Positions 51,165 through 62,402 of a stretch of DNA of 64,000 bases are shown piece by piece. The DNA comes from Sphaerodactylus townsendi (taxonomy: Eukaryota): contig NC_059426.1 of NCBI RefSeq assembly GCF_021028975.2, positions 143,530,001 to 143,594,000 on the forward strand. Reading direction: 5' to 3'. A program made the translations under genes and the position numbers. A model generated the notes under the pieces. That model made no database searches. It was not told where the DNA came from and saw nothing but the letters and a program-made list of their open reading frames with translations. Every line of letters begins with the position of its first letter. Within the stretch, counting starts at the first letter, position 1.

Positions 51165-51166
<2 letters not shown>

Positions 51167-51195
<29 letters not shown>
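51167..51195. repeat. (CA)n microsatellite
   Basis: Read directly. Confidence 0.95.
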
Positions 51196-51200
<5 letters not shown>

Positions 51201-51974
51201 TCCCTCCAAAACATGCTTTCTCTATTTTCTTCCTTATTTTGAAACATGCTGATCTGGCAAGCTCTGGACCTTGCAAGTAGCAAGAGGAATGGGGCCTCCA
51301 CATCAACTCATGTCACATTTTTGGAAACCTACAGACCTACCAGGAAGAAGAGAGAGTCTGAGAATTCAGCCCACATCAATCTTGCGGCCAGGCAGAGTGC
51401 TCAAGAGGCTAGACAGAAACCCAAGACTTTGGTTAAGTTCAAGCTAATTTAAAACGTGCCAAGTGCCCAAGTGGATCTGGAACAGGTGCCAAGAGACTCT
51501 GAGATAAAGAAACACGCTCCTCACCCACCCACACCCACCCCTCTTCCTCTCTCTATCTCATGCCTTCTCTGTTACCAAGAAATAAATCGTCTGCATCTGT
51601 CAAGTCTGATCCTTTCAGCATTTTAATAAGAGGCAGCAGAGAGCTGAGACGGGACTGAAATGGATCTGCAAGCCATGATGAGGTGCTGATATTCCTCGCT
51701 GCATCCTGCATGGCTTGCCCTGTCATAAATCATTGTTTGTCAAATCCAATAAGCATCTTTGCACACCAAAATGACACTGTCTCTGGGGAGCCTGAGTGTC
51801 TGGGATTCTGCACAGATGAGGAGTTTCTAAAGAGATGAAGGGGACCGGAAGAAGTAGTGTGCAAGGAAAGGGGGGGGGGGGTCAGACAGAAAGGAAACTC
51901 TTCATTCGTCTACTTTCACTCCTGTTCTTTTCAGATCTTGTACATTATAATATACACTGCTACAGCATAGGGGG

Positions 51975-52268
51975 TGAAGAAAAAGAAGAAGAGTTGGATT
52001 TATATCCCGCCTTTTCTCTCCTATAGGAGACTCAAAGGGGCTTACAATCTCCTTGCCCTTCCCCCTCACAACAAACACCCTGTGAGGTGGGTGGGGCTGA
52101 GAGAACTCCGAAAAGCCCAAGGTCACCCAGCTGGTGTGTGTTGGAGTGTACAGGCTAATCTGAATTCCCCAGATAAGCTCCACAGCTCAGGCGGCAGAGA
52201 GGGGAATCAAACCCTGTTCCTCCAGACTAGAGTACACCTGCTCTTAACCACTGCGCCGCTGCTGCTCC
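51975..52268 (-). mobile_element. Squam3-like SINE, near full length
   Basis: Reverse complement of the 4937 element, ending ctcttaaccactgcgccgctgctgctcc. Confidence 0.92.
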
Positions 52269-53432
52269 TTTTTTATTTTACGCAGAAGGAGCTCAGATGT
52301 CTACCCTGCTGTTACATTTTCATCCTATCTTTCCTTCAAAGAGTGGCAGACATTGAGTTAGGTTTGGCTGATAGAGAATGACTGTCCCAAAGTCATCGAG
52401 TGAGATTTCATGGGCAAGTATGAATTTGAATTCAAGCCCCCGTACCACACTGGCTCTCTACTTCAGTGTTCTTAAAGTTTTGTCATTTTAACTTTTCTTC
52501 TCTGTTTTGATTTTTATAGTCAATGCTGCTTCCATTGGAATGGAAAAACAAAAGAGATGTTTTCCCAGATAAGTTATATCCTAGGAGCCTTTTGCATTAG
52601 GCCAATGGATGTAGCTTTATAAGGCCTCTCTACCTGACACAAAGGACCCACATGCTATTTGCAAGGGATGGAAGAAGGAGTGGATGGTCAGCAGACAACC
52701 ACAGAAAGACCTTCATCTTCAGGAAAAGTTTGGGAGAGCTAAACTGACCAACCCAAACACAACCTGAGGGAGTTGTGATATGGAAAGCAAACCAATTGCT
52801 CCTTTCCCTTCCTGTGTCTCGATTATAAGAGAGCAAACATCTTCTGGGCTGCTATAGATCCCGACCCTCTGGCAGCAGCCTTAGAGTGTATATAACAAAA
52901 ATAGCTCTCATAAGAGGTGCTGGTGACATTTGGTGTCCAGCACATAAGATTAGATATGAGAGGAGCTTCAGCAATGAGCACTTTCTCTGAAATGCCACTC
53001 ACTTCACAAATCATGTCACGCACATACAGCACACATCTACAGATGCTTTGTGAAGGCTAGGATTTCCAGTTCAAACTTCATGCATGAGAGATGATGTGGC
53101 GCTGCTTTCTAGACTTGTGTCACTCAATCCTGCATGTCTTGAGTCAGGAGTGTTCTATTCAAAAGAAATAAATGTAGTCAGTGCTGCTATTCCTCCTTCC
53201 TTATTGACTGGAATTTGAAAGACAGTGCATGGCATCTTGGCATGTTTCCCTTTAAAAATGGCCTTATGTGTTTGTCTCAGAAACCTTCCACAAAACCTGG
53301 GGAATTCAGTTTGTAAAGCTGCATAGATTCATGAGGTCACATCTCCATTTTGATTTCTGCATGTGTGCCTCTGAGTATGTGTGTTTGAATGTATTTTTCC
53401 TCTTCACATGGCAAATGTATGTAATTTACTTT

Positions 53433-53632
53433 CTGGGGTGCTGTGTGGTTTCCGGGCTGTATGGCCATGTTCTAGCAGCATTCTCTCCTGACGTTTCGCC
53501 TGCATCTGTGGCTGGCATCTTCAGAGGACCTTCAGGTGAAACATCAAAAGAGAATGCTGCTAGAACACGGCCATACAGCCCAGAAACCACACAGCACCCC
53601 AGTGATTCCGGCCGTGAAAGCCTTCGACAATA
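53433..53632. mobile_element. Penelope-like mini-element (inverted arms) with 13-bp TSD
   Basis: 53433-53500 is an inverted copy of 53535-53602. The 3' end is ccggccgtgaaagccttcgacaata. TSD AATTTACTTTCTG at 53423-53435 and 53633-53645. Confidence 0.9.
53486..53528 (-). ncRNA. Minimal type I hammerhead ribozyme motif (Penelope-associated)
   Basis: Minus strand: TCCT-CTGAAGA-T-GCCAGC-CACAGAT-GCAGGC-GAAA-CGTC-AGGA. Stem I TCCT/AGGA, conserved CUGANGA and GAAA, palindromic ACGU stem III, GUC cleavage triplet. Confidence 0.8.
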
Positions 53633-54632
53633 AATTTACTTTCTGTTTACATGTGTGTGTGTATGTGCCTATGACTGAAATTTGACTTCTTCAATTATCT
53701 ATGACTATTCAATTATCTGTGTGGGGTTTATATACGAAGTGTGTGATTGTGAACATGGGAGGGAAGGCATTCTTCAGATTCATGTTTTTCATTGTTTTTA
53801 ACTTTCTGTTTTGCTTTTTGTTATTGGTCCATGTTTTGTGACTGTCTGTATACCATTATGAGAGTTCTGGGGAGGGCACAGATGGGCGCAAACGTCACTG
53901 ACGGCTTCTATATCCTAATAATATTCACTGTCACTTCAACGGGCAGAAGATGAAGCAATGCAGGCCTTTATTTCTCCAGAGAGCTGGGGGAATTTTCACT
54001 TTATGCAGTATTAATGAATACTGCTGAAGTAATTATCAGAAGCCTCCAGGGACCTGGCTGTGAAAACAAGGTTTCACATGCCGATTTGGGAAGAATCTTG
54101 CAGACTCTTCCAGAAAAGGAGCTGGTTGTGACTGCAAGGAAAGCAAAGCCGACAGAAGTGCTGTCTGGTTTTCCAGTCTTTGCAAACAGACACGGTTGAC
54201 TATGGAAAGGACAGGGAGTTCACACTGGAGGCCAAATCCAGACTGCCACGAGGGAGGCGAGGGGGGAGGACTTGATCAACCAAGCCTCCAGTTAATATTT
54301 GATTGCATCATGTACAGAAAGCATGAATCTTCCTCTGGAGTGACTGTCAGGATGGTCTTACCCTTGAGTTACTTCCAGGGGGAGGGAACAGGATCATTTC
54401 TCAAGTCTTGTAAACTACAGAATGCAAAGCTGTGCAGGCCCAAATAGAGCATTAAACCAGTGGCATGCAACATCAGTGCTGCTTTGTCTAGCAAGTGAAC
54501 TCTGTTTTGCAGGATGATAATTGCTCTAAATCAAGGGATCTGTCAGGACCTGAATAACACTCCATGTGGATCTTGAGGCTTGATTTCTGCATTACCAAGT
54601 TGAGTAACTTGACCAATGGAGGTAGTGTAGAC

Positions 54633-54693
54633 CAGGGGTAGGGAACCTGCGGCTCTCCAGATGTTCAGGAACTACAATTCCCATCAGCCTCTG
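54633..54693. mobile_element. Half hAT MITE (left arm only) with both TSDs
   Basis: Matches the left arm of 16796. GTGTAGAC at 54625-54632 and 54694-54701. Confidence 0.9.
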
Positions 54694-55669
54694 GTGTAGA
54701 CCAAGCCAGGCAAAAAAGCCATTCTCTTAATTTTGATGAATGCACCCAGCATGAATTCCATGGAACTCAGCGGACAGCATTTGATTGTAACTGCAAGGTC
54801 ATGTAGGCCTTTCCTGTCATTTCTAAGTCCTACTGATGGTTTTAGGGTTCCGAATCATAGCTGTGCTCACTGTTTGTCAATTGTCATCTCAGTAGAGTGG
54901 AGTACACAGCTGGTGAGATGGGTTCATTCCCCTGCCTATAAGCTGGCACCAGCTATGTTTGCACGATAGCCTTCCTCTTCATTATTCATTTTCAGTGTGG
55001 CCCTTAGTGCCAAAGAAACTGCATATCCTGCCATAGACTGTGAATGCACAAGCCAAAAATAACAGTGACTAAATACAAATCCCATTAATTGTATTCCATA
55101 CCATTTGACTGTACCTGTCTAATAGGTACAACCCTTTCATTTCTGGGTATAAAACTACGAGTTGGGCTTGATGCCATGCCTAATATTGAGTCAAACCTAC
55201 CAAATTTTCTGGCTTTTGGGCGAGGTTATGTTGTTTGATGTACCTAGGAACTGGACCTACAGTCCAGCTGGTATGTAGTGAATCATGGAAACCAGAAGCA
55301 TTTGGAGAGTAAGATACACGCTGCAAAAATAAATATGTAGTGCTTTAGAACATATGTGTTCTGGGAAATAGAGAAATGTTAAAATCTGAAGGTAATTTTC
55401 CATAAGCCTGTGCCAGGGCATGCCACCAGAGCTGAGCAAAATAATGTTCTGAGTTTGTCTTGCTCACTATCATAATATAAATCTCTTGTTAAATGAACTA
55501 TACTTATTTTTTTTCCCCCTGTTAACGATTGGCAGATAGGTATTCTTGTGATGGCATAATTTGATTGATTGGCTGATCTTGCTCACACTCTGATAAGAAA
55601 GCCCCCGGGGCAGCTTACAGCATATAAAACACCCTGTTGACAAAAGGCAGCACATTAAACACACTTCAT

Positions 55670-55670
<1 letters not shown>

Positions 55671-55756
<86 letters not shown>
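55671..55756. repeat. (TAT)n microsatellite, ~28 units, tail of a short L2-type 3' end
   Basis: Read directly; followed by gatttaatataccgccctatccc. Confidence 0.97.
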
Positions 55757-58499
55757 GATTTAATATACCGCCCTATCCCAGCAGGGCTCATGTATAGGCA
55801 AATGTATGCCTATTAGTGGTCTGTCTTTTTTAGACTCTTGCTCCGACTTCCTAGCAGGACTCAAACGTTCATTTCTCAAATATTCTAAGGCACCTCTGGA
55901 GATGCCAGTATGTGGATAGGTTGCAACAAATTACAACAAGCAGGAGATGTCTCTAACCTTACTGGGAAATCAGGTTCTTGAAACGGTTTCTTCCTGTTCA
56001 AATGCCTCCATCATCCAAAAGCATACCAGGTAATTCCTCTGAACTTTGCAATGCTTATAAGGCGCATCATCCTGTTCTGTCATTCCTTGCCCACTGGATG
56101 GCACTGTGGCACCTATAGGGTCACCAACTGGGCAGAATTCTGAGTCTGCAAGTCAGGGTAAATATCAGGTGCAGAGAAATTTTCTAATTTTCTTTGCTGC
56201 ACAAACATTCAGCAGGGGGAAAAAACAATAAAATGGAACAAAGGATTTGGGGACAAAAATATTTTTGCATTTGGGAATAAATTTACCCTGTGTCAATCCT
56301 GACTTCTGTAGAACTCTCTCATTAAGGATTAGTTGTGGGTCAGAGACTTCTAGAGGACTTCATCTTATTTGTGGGCTAGGATAACAGCATTCAACAGAAA
56401 AGCTTTGGAGAAGAACCAATTCCATTTCCTATGAAGAGCCAGAGCCTGGCTACAGTAGAACCTGGGAAACCATCCTGGAGAGGATTTTCATCGATGAAAA
56501 TAAATGTGCATGCTTCTGATTGATTTAAACTTCAGTGCCAGCCTTTCAAGGATATCCAGTGTTGTACGTGTGCTGGAAGGCACAGGCAGAACTCCCGTAC
56601 ACAGACTATTTGATTTTCACTCTGGAAACGAGAGCTCCACTGTATGCATCTGGAGCTGCCTTCTCTGTAGAAGCGACTGGTGAGACCCTGTGAGTACAGG
56701 AGTTCCAAGAGCACATTAGAAAAACCTCCCCCACATGTGCATGTCTCTGCAGGGGTTTTGCTGAGTCAAGGCGAACAGAACCAAAGAATGAGTGGATTGC
56801 AACTTAGAGTCTTCTGGCCCATGTTGTCTGGCACTGCGCAACTGAGTGGTCATTTAAAAGAGAGCTTAATTGTGGCCCATTATGAACCTTGGCACTGTGG
56901 CTGTTCACAACTTTGGGAATTTTTATGGAGTCCTGATTGCCTGCCACCAATGAATTACTTGGAATGTGATGCTGACAAGAAGCAAAAAAGAGACAGAAAT
57001 GTTGTGCTAAGCCACAAAAACCTACTAAAAATGACATCAGTGAAAAATCTCATCTTTCTGATAATATTTCTGAAATGAGAAAGCAGTCCTCAAATAAAAA
57101 ATACTGAAATTGAATGCCACGTCCAGTACTCAATGGAAAGGTGCAGCTGGATAAAACAAGCATTCTGAATCTGAGTAAACCTGTTGGCGTTAATAACATT
57201 ACGTAACATGCATTTTTCACTACGCTGACGTAGTCATAGTTGTTAGTATTGCATCATTTTCTTATACATTTGTGTGGGGAAAAACAGTCCCGCCCCCCCC
57301 CCCCCAATGGGTTTTCAGTCTGGCAGGAAATATGTAAAGTCTGACATTTTGAATTTTGTGGTTTCTAAGCCACCTTGCACTTTTTCTAGTGAAGTCAGTT
57401 GACCATTTTACAATAAAATCTGACAGTGCTGTAGCTGTTTGGGAAACGGTGGATTGTACTTTTCTTACCTATCAGAGGAACAGAACAAAAGAAGTCCAGC
57501 AACCTTATCAGTTCTAATGGTTTTTCTTTCTTGCTGGAAGAATACCTGTGGCAGGATAGATGTGAACCTGTATCATGCTAGGATGCAAAACTAAGAAGGA
57601 TTTTATAGACTCAGGAGCAGATGTAAGGGTGGCTTCCTCCTGCAAAATCTAACATTTAGTCACCATTTTTCTGTGCAGCATCTGCAGTCAGCATCATGTA
57701 TTGAATTTTAATTGGGGTGAGCTATGTTTGGGAGACAATTTTTATCTGAAAAACAGGATAAGCTATCATAAGTAAATTCAGGCTCCAGGATTTTATATAC
57801 AGAAATAGGTTTCTTGATATGGATTCTCTGACAGGTGCTGCATTCTTCCATGGGGGGGGGGGGGGAACCTTTCATCAGCATCTGCTTAGAAACCCCAAGA
57901 AGTTTGCTCACACTTTGAGCAAAAGAATGTTGGGGAAGAGAATATTCATTTTTTAAAAAACTACCTATGTATGGTGCCGATAATGCATGTGAAGCACGAG
58001 AAGGTATATCTTTGTCCTGAGAAGCTTCCAGTTTGAATGCCATTAGACAGACAATAAAAGGGAGGGGAGAGAAACGGAGATGGGTGAACGTAGAAAGAAT
58101 GCTCGTTTGATCAGGCTATAATGGTAACCGATCCAACTTTCTCTCTGGAACTGTTTCTCGTAGGGCAAAATTGAGTAGGACTCTATACCATTTTACGCAC
58201 CTGCTTCTATATAAATGCAACCATAAACGAGGTGGGAAGAATAGCTTTTGTTAGCTGATGTTGCCCAAAACTAGTGATGCCAGTGGGAGAAGGAATAGCA
58301 GAGCGGATGGAGATCAATACAAGACTCAGAAATAAGCTTTTTATTGTGTTTCATTGAAGCATCCCTTTTCTGCAGCCTTCAGTACAGTAGATCATATCAT
58401 CTTGTTGAGAGGTTTGGAGGCCGAAGTAGGTGTCAGTGGATGTGCGCTGAGCTGGTTCAAGTAAGTCCTCATGGACTGGACTCAAAGGATTGCTATCGG

Positions 58500-59600
58500 A
58501 AACAGTTATCATCAGAGTGGGACCTAACCTGTGACATTCCACAAGGCACAATTCTATCTCTATGCTTTTCACTCTCCATGTAAACCCTTAAGACCAGGGG
58601 TAGGGAACCTGCGGCTCTCCAGATGTTCAGGAACTACAATTCCATCAGCTTAAGACAAATCATTCATAGCTTTGGGGTTGGTTGTCATCAATATGCAGAT
58701 GATACCCAGCATTATATATCCTTCGTCAAGTCTCTTGGTGATGCGATAGAGGTCCTGCTGTGGTAAACTGGCTAACAGCGAACAAATTGAAACGTAACCC
58801 TGAAAGGTGGAGAAATTGAAGTACATTATGCTCCCCGCTTCTGATGGAGTTCAGCTGACCCTTGCCGACTTGGTTAAGAGCCTTGGGGTTGTACTGAACC
58901 ATGCCATCGCTGGAGAAGCAAGTTAATTCAGTTGCAAAAAAGTATGTCTCCCAACTCAGCCTAGCCTATAAGATGTCCCCTTACCTTCATATGACTGATC
59001 TGACCACCTGGATCCACATCACAGTGCCATCCTGACTAGACTACTGTAATGCACCGTACACTGAACACCCCTCAAAATCAACTCAGACATTCCAGGAACT
59101 GCAGAACAACCCGGCTCAGCTATTATCGGGACTGTACCTTGCCTCACCAAAAGATAGGACCCCTCCCCGCAGGTACCTACACAACAGCTTCACTTATCTG
59201 AGCAAGGTGTTCTGCAGGTGCTAACCTACAAATGGGCAAAATCAGCAACTGCCTGTGCATGCCTTTTCTCCATTGTGGCCCCCACCTTACAGAGTGGCCT
59301 TCCTGAGGAGGCCAGGAGGCTCCCGATCTCTGGTACGCTTTGCAGCACTGAATTATTCAAGAGAGGTTTTTCTTTGCAGACAGTGGAGCTACACTAAATG
59401 CTTAGATACATTTTAGGGACTTTGTTTAGTTTACTTTGTTTGGGCTAGTTAGGATCCTGCTATGAATTTTTTGTATCATTTAATGTATCATGTTAAGGTT
59501 TCAGTTCTGTTCCTAATCCTACTGTATTGTTTATTGAACACCTCATCCTGTTGACTGTATTGACTCATTCTGTGTAATACACTTTGAGTCCAAGTGAGAA
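58500..59600 (+). mobile_element. L2-clade LINE, degenerate RT/3' region, interrupted by a half MITE
   Basis: CDIPQGTILS; GCHQYADDTQ (YADD at 58692-58703); NKLKRNPE; LDYCNA; 3' end ttgagtccaagtgagaagg. Confidence 0.88.
58595..58648. mobile_element. Half hAT MITE (left arm only) with both TSDs
   Basis: Left arm of the 16796 family. CTTAAGAC at 58587-58594 and 58649-58656. Confidence 0.9.
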
Positions 59601-59868
59601 GGAAGAGAAGAAGAAGAGTCTGGATTTATACCCCACTTTTCTCAAAGCAGCTTACAAACTCCTTCCCTTCCACTCCCCACAACAGACACCTTGTGAGGTA
59701 GGTTCCAACCAACTGTGACTCGCCCAAGATCACCCAGCAGGCTTCATGTGGAGGAGTGGGGAAACAAATCCAGTCCACCATATAAGAATCCATTGTTCCT
59801 GTGGAGGAGTGGGGAATCAAACCCAGTTCTCCAGATTACAGTCTACCTGCTCTTAACCACTACGCCAC
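59600..59868 (-). mobile_element. Squam3-like SINE
   Basis: ggatttataccccac...ggggaatcaaacc...ctcttaaccactacgcca. Confidence 0.88.
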
Positions 59869-59920
59869 ACAGGTCTCTTGAGCTGGGTAAAAAGCTGTTG
59901 TATAGATCACTGCTGGTAGT

Positions 59921-60086
59921 CAGCGGCATAGCACCTATGGGGCGGGGCGCACACGATGCCCTGGGCAGAGCTGTGGTGGAGGTGTGGCTGGGCCATGGAA
60001 GGGGCGTGACAGGGGCGTTCCGGGGCAGCAGCAGGGGCTCGGGGTCAGGCATGCCCCGGGCACAGTTTCCCCTCACTCCACCTCTG
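59921..60086. mobile_element. GC-rich hAT (Tip100-like) MITE
   Basis: CAGCGGCATAGC...CTCCACCTCTG. Perfect TSD CTGGTAGT at 59913-59920 and 60087-60094. Confidence 0.88.
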
Positions 60087-61052
60087 CTGGTAGTGAATGT
60101 TATGATTAGATTGTTTTACATAATGATTAAGCTCTATAAAGAAATGGGGAATAGAAATTCTGGAAATGAAGGATATGACTATTTCAAAGTTAAGCCCTTT
60201 GAGTAATGTTGAGGAGTCCATGAGGCTTACAGAGATGTTTAAGTTTATTTGGGTTGTGACCCTGCAGTTCAAGCAGCATGAGATTCTCTTGCAGCTGCTT
60301 TCTTTCATTTCTCATTTCTTGTCTCAGGTACAGGGTGGCAGATGCCTTGGGTTGAGTTTCCAGCACCATATTAAGGAGTCTAACTCTCAGCCATGAATGT
60401 GGGCTTCTGGGAACAATGCAGGAATCCAGAGTTGACCAATAAATGGCTTGAGATATACATGGTATAGAGACCTGTCAGCTAAAAGCAACCTATAGGCTCC
60501 ATACGCAAAAGTGAACAGTGATGCAGTCTCAGTGTCTCTTCTCCTGCTCTTAAATTTCCTTCCAAAAAGTGAGCATCCTTATAAAGCAAGTTTGCTCATT
60601 TTATTTATGCAAAAATTTAGTGTCCGGGGAATCAGTATGCCATTAGTCTAATTATCCATGCATGACATATACAATTTGATCCTTTCAAAATGAAATTACT
60701 TCAATAAGCAAGAAAAGGAAGTTGATTAAAATATGTAAAAATATTTCCCAAAACAGGATATGTTATGACACTACCCTTCTGTCATTCTTCCTTCTATTCT
60801 TGCCTTTTTTTTCCTCTTCTTTCTTTAATACAGTTATAATTCTGAGTTCTGTACTAACTTTCCCTTTTTGTAGCTAGAAGAAGAGCGTAGCTTTGCTTTA
60901 AATGCTGACTGCCCTGATTTGCCCTGATTTGAATAGGCCCTGTGGTCTTGTAACTGTGAACGCTAAGTATCTCATTCCCACGAGAAAGGGTTGCAGCAGA
61001 ACTTTATTCCAGCTACTGATACCTGCTAATGTGGGGCAAATGGGAGAAAGTA

Positions 61053-61194
61053 GGGCTCATTCCGCACTTGCAGAATAATGCATTTTCAAACTGCTTTCAG
61101 TGCTCTTTGAAGCTGTGCGGAATAGCGAAATCCACTTGCAAACAGTTGTGAAAGTGGTTTGAAAACACATTAATTTGCATGTGCGGAAGGGGCC
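61053..61194. mobile_element. Short PIF/Harbinger MITE
   Basis: GGGCTCATTCCGCAC...GTGCGGAAGGGGCC; inverted sibling of 31726-31868. Confidence 0.9.
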
Positions 61195-62141
61195 AAGGTT
61201 GGAAAAAGATAAAAAAATAGTGCAAATGCAAATGTCCTGCAGCCAGGTTCCTGTGCTCCTTGCTCCCAGTGCCTAAATAACGGTCATCTTTTTAGTTACT
61301 ATATTTGCAGAAATTCAGTGAAGCTTTCACAGGACTTGGGGTTATATAATTTCATACTGACAATAGTCCAGGCAATTAATCATGAAGACTCATGAAGCTG
61401 CCTTATAGCAGAGCAGAACCTCCGTCCATCAAGGCCATTATTGGTCTTTTCCTTACGCTTACAACGTTTGTAGTCCACGAATGCCTTGATTTTTCCATGG
61501 AGTTCTGCACAGTTTTTCCCCTGTTTTGTTCTGGAAACATTTCCAACAAGCTTTTGCTTCATTGTTTTTTAAAACACTTTTGCCACAACGTTTTCCCCTG
61601 AAACGTTCTTGAGCTAGCTTCCCTTACTCTGCGATCACATGGATATGATATTTTATTTCCTATCAAAAAGCCTGGCCGTTATCTATACTCACTGTGTGGT
61701 TGCCCACCCTCCCCCTCTGCACTTGGTCTGACTTCTTTCGCATCCCTCACCTTACTCCTTTCCCCCCTTTCCTTAATTTTTACCATTTCTTGCGTTTTTT
61801 TTTGGGGGGGGTTCAGATCATCAAATCAACAAAGCTGTACAGCATCACTAGAGCTCATGCATGGAAAACAACAACAAAAATGGCCACCAGAGTACAATGC
61901 TCTGAGGAGGGGAGCGTGGACAAACGTTGCAGACAACAATGGGATCGAAAACACCTTTAAAATGGGGTAAATGTAGTATGCAGAAAAAGCAATTGTCTAG
62001 TCAAACTGGAAGTAGTTCTCCAGGATTTCAAGTTAAAACCTTTCACATCACCTATTGCCTGGTCCTTTTAACTGTAGGTGCCAGGGATTGAACCTGGGAC
62101 CTTCTGCATGCAAAGCAGAGGCTCCTTCACTGAGCCATAGC

Positions 62142-62402
62142 CAGAGGCATAGCTGGGCCAGAGTGCGCCCGGTGCGAGCCCCAAGGTCTCATGGGAAATG
62201 TAGTTCCCAACAGGCCATTTTCAGCCTGAAGAGAACAGGCTGCTTCTCCAGCCTGCACTGTTTATGGAAGTGGGGGGGACACACCAAGGGGGGCACCATG
62301 TGGGCAGGGGCACCGTGAGGGCGGGGGCAATTTTCTTCCGGCCCCCCAGGCGCGCACCCGGTGCAACACACACACACCGGCCCCCTGGTAGCTTCACCTC
62401 TG
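62142..62402. mobile_element. hAT MITE inserted into the head of a minus-strand tRNA SINE (62040-62415)
   Basis: CAGAGGCATAGCT...AGCTTCACCTCTG. Perfect TSD GCCATAGC at 62134-62141 and 62403-62410. Confidence 0.88.
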
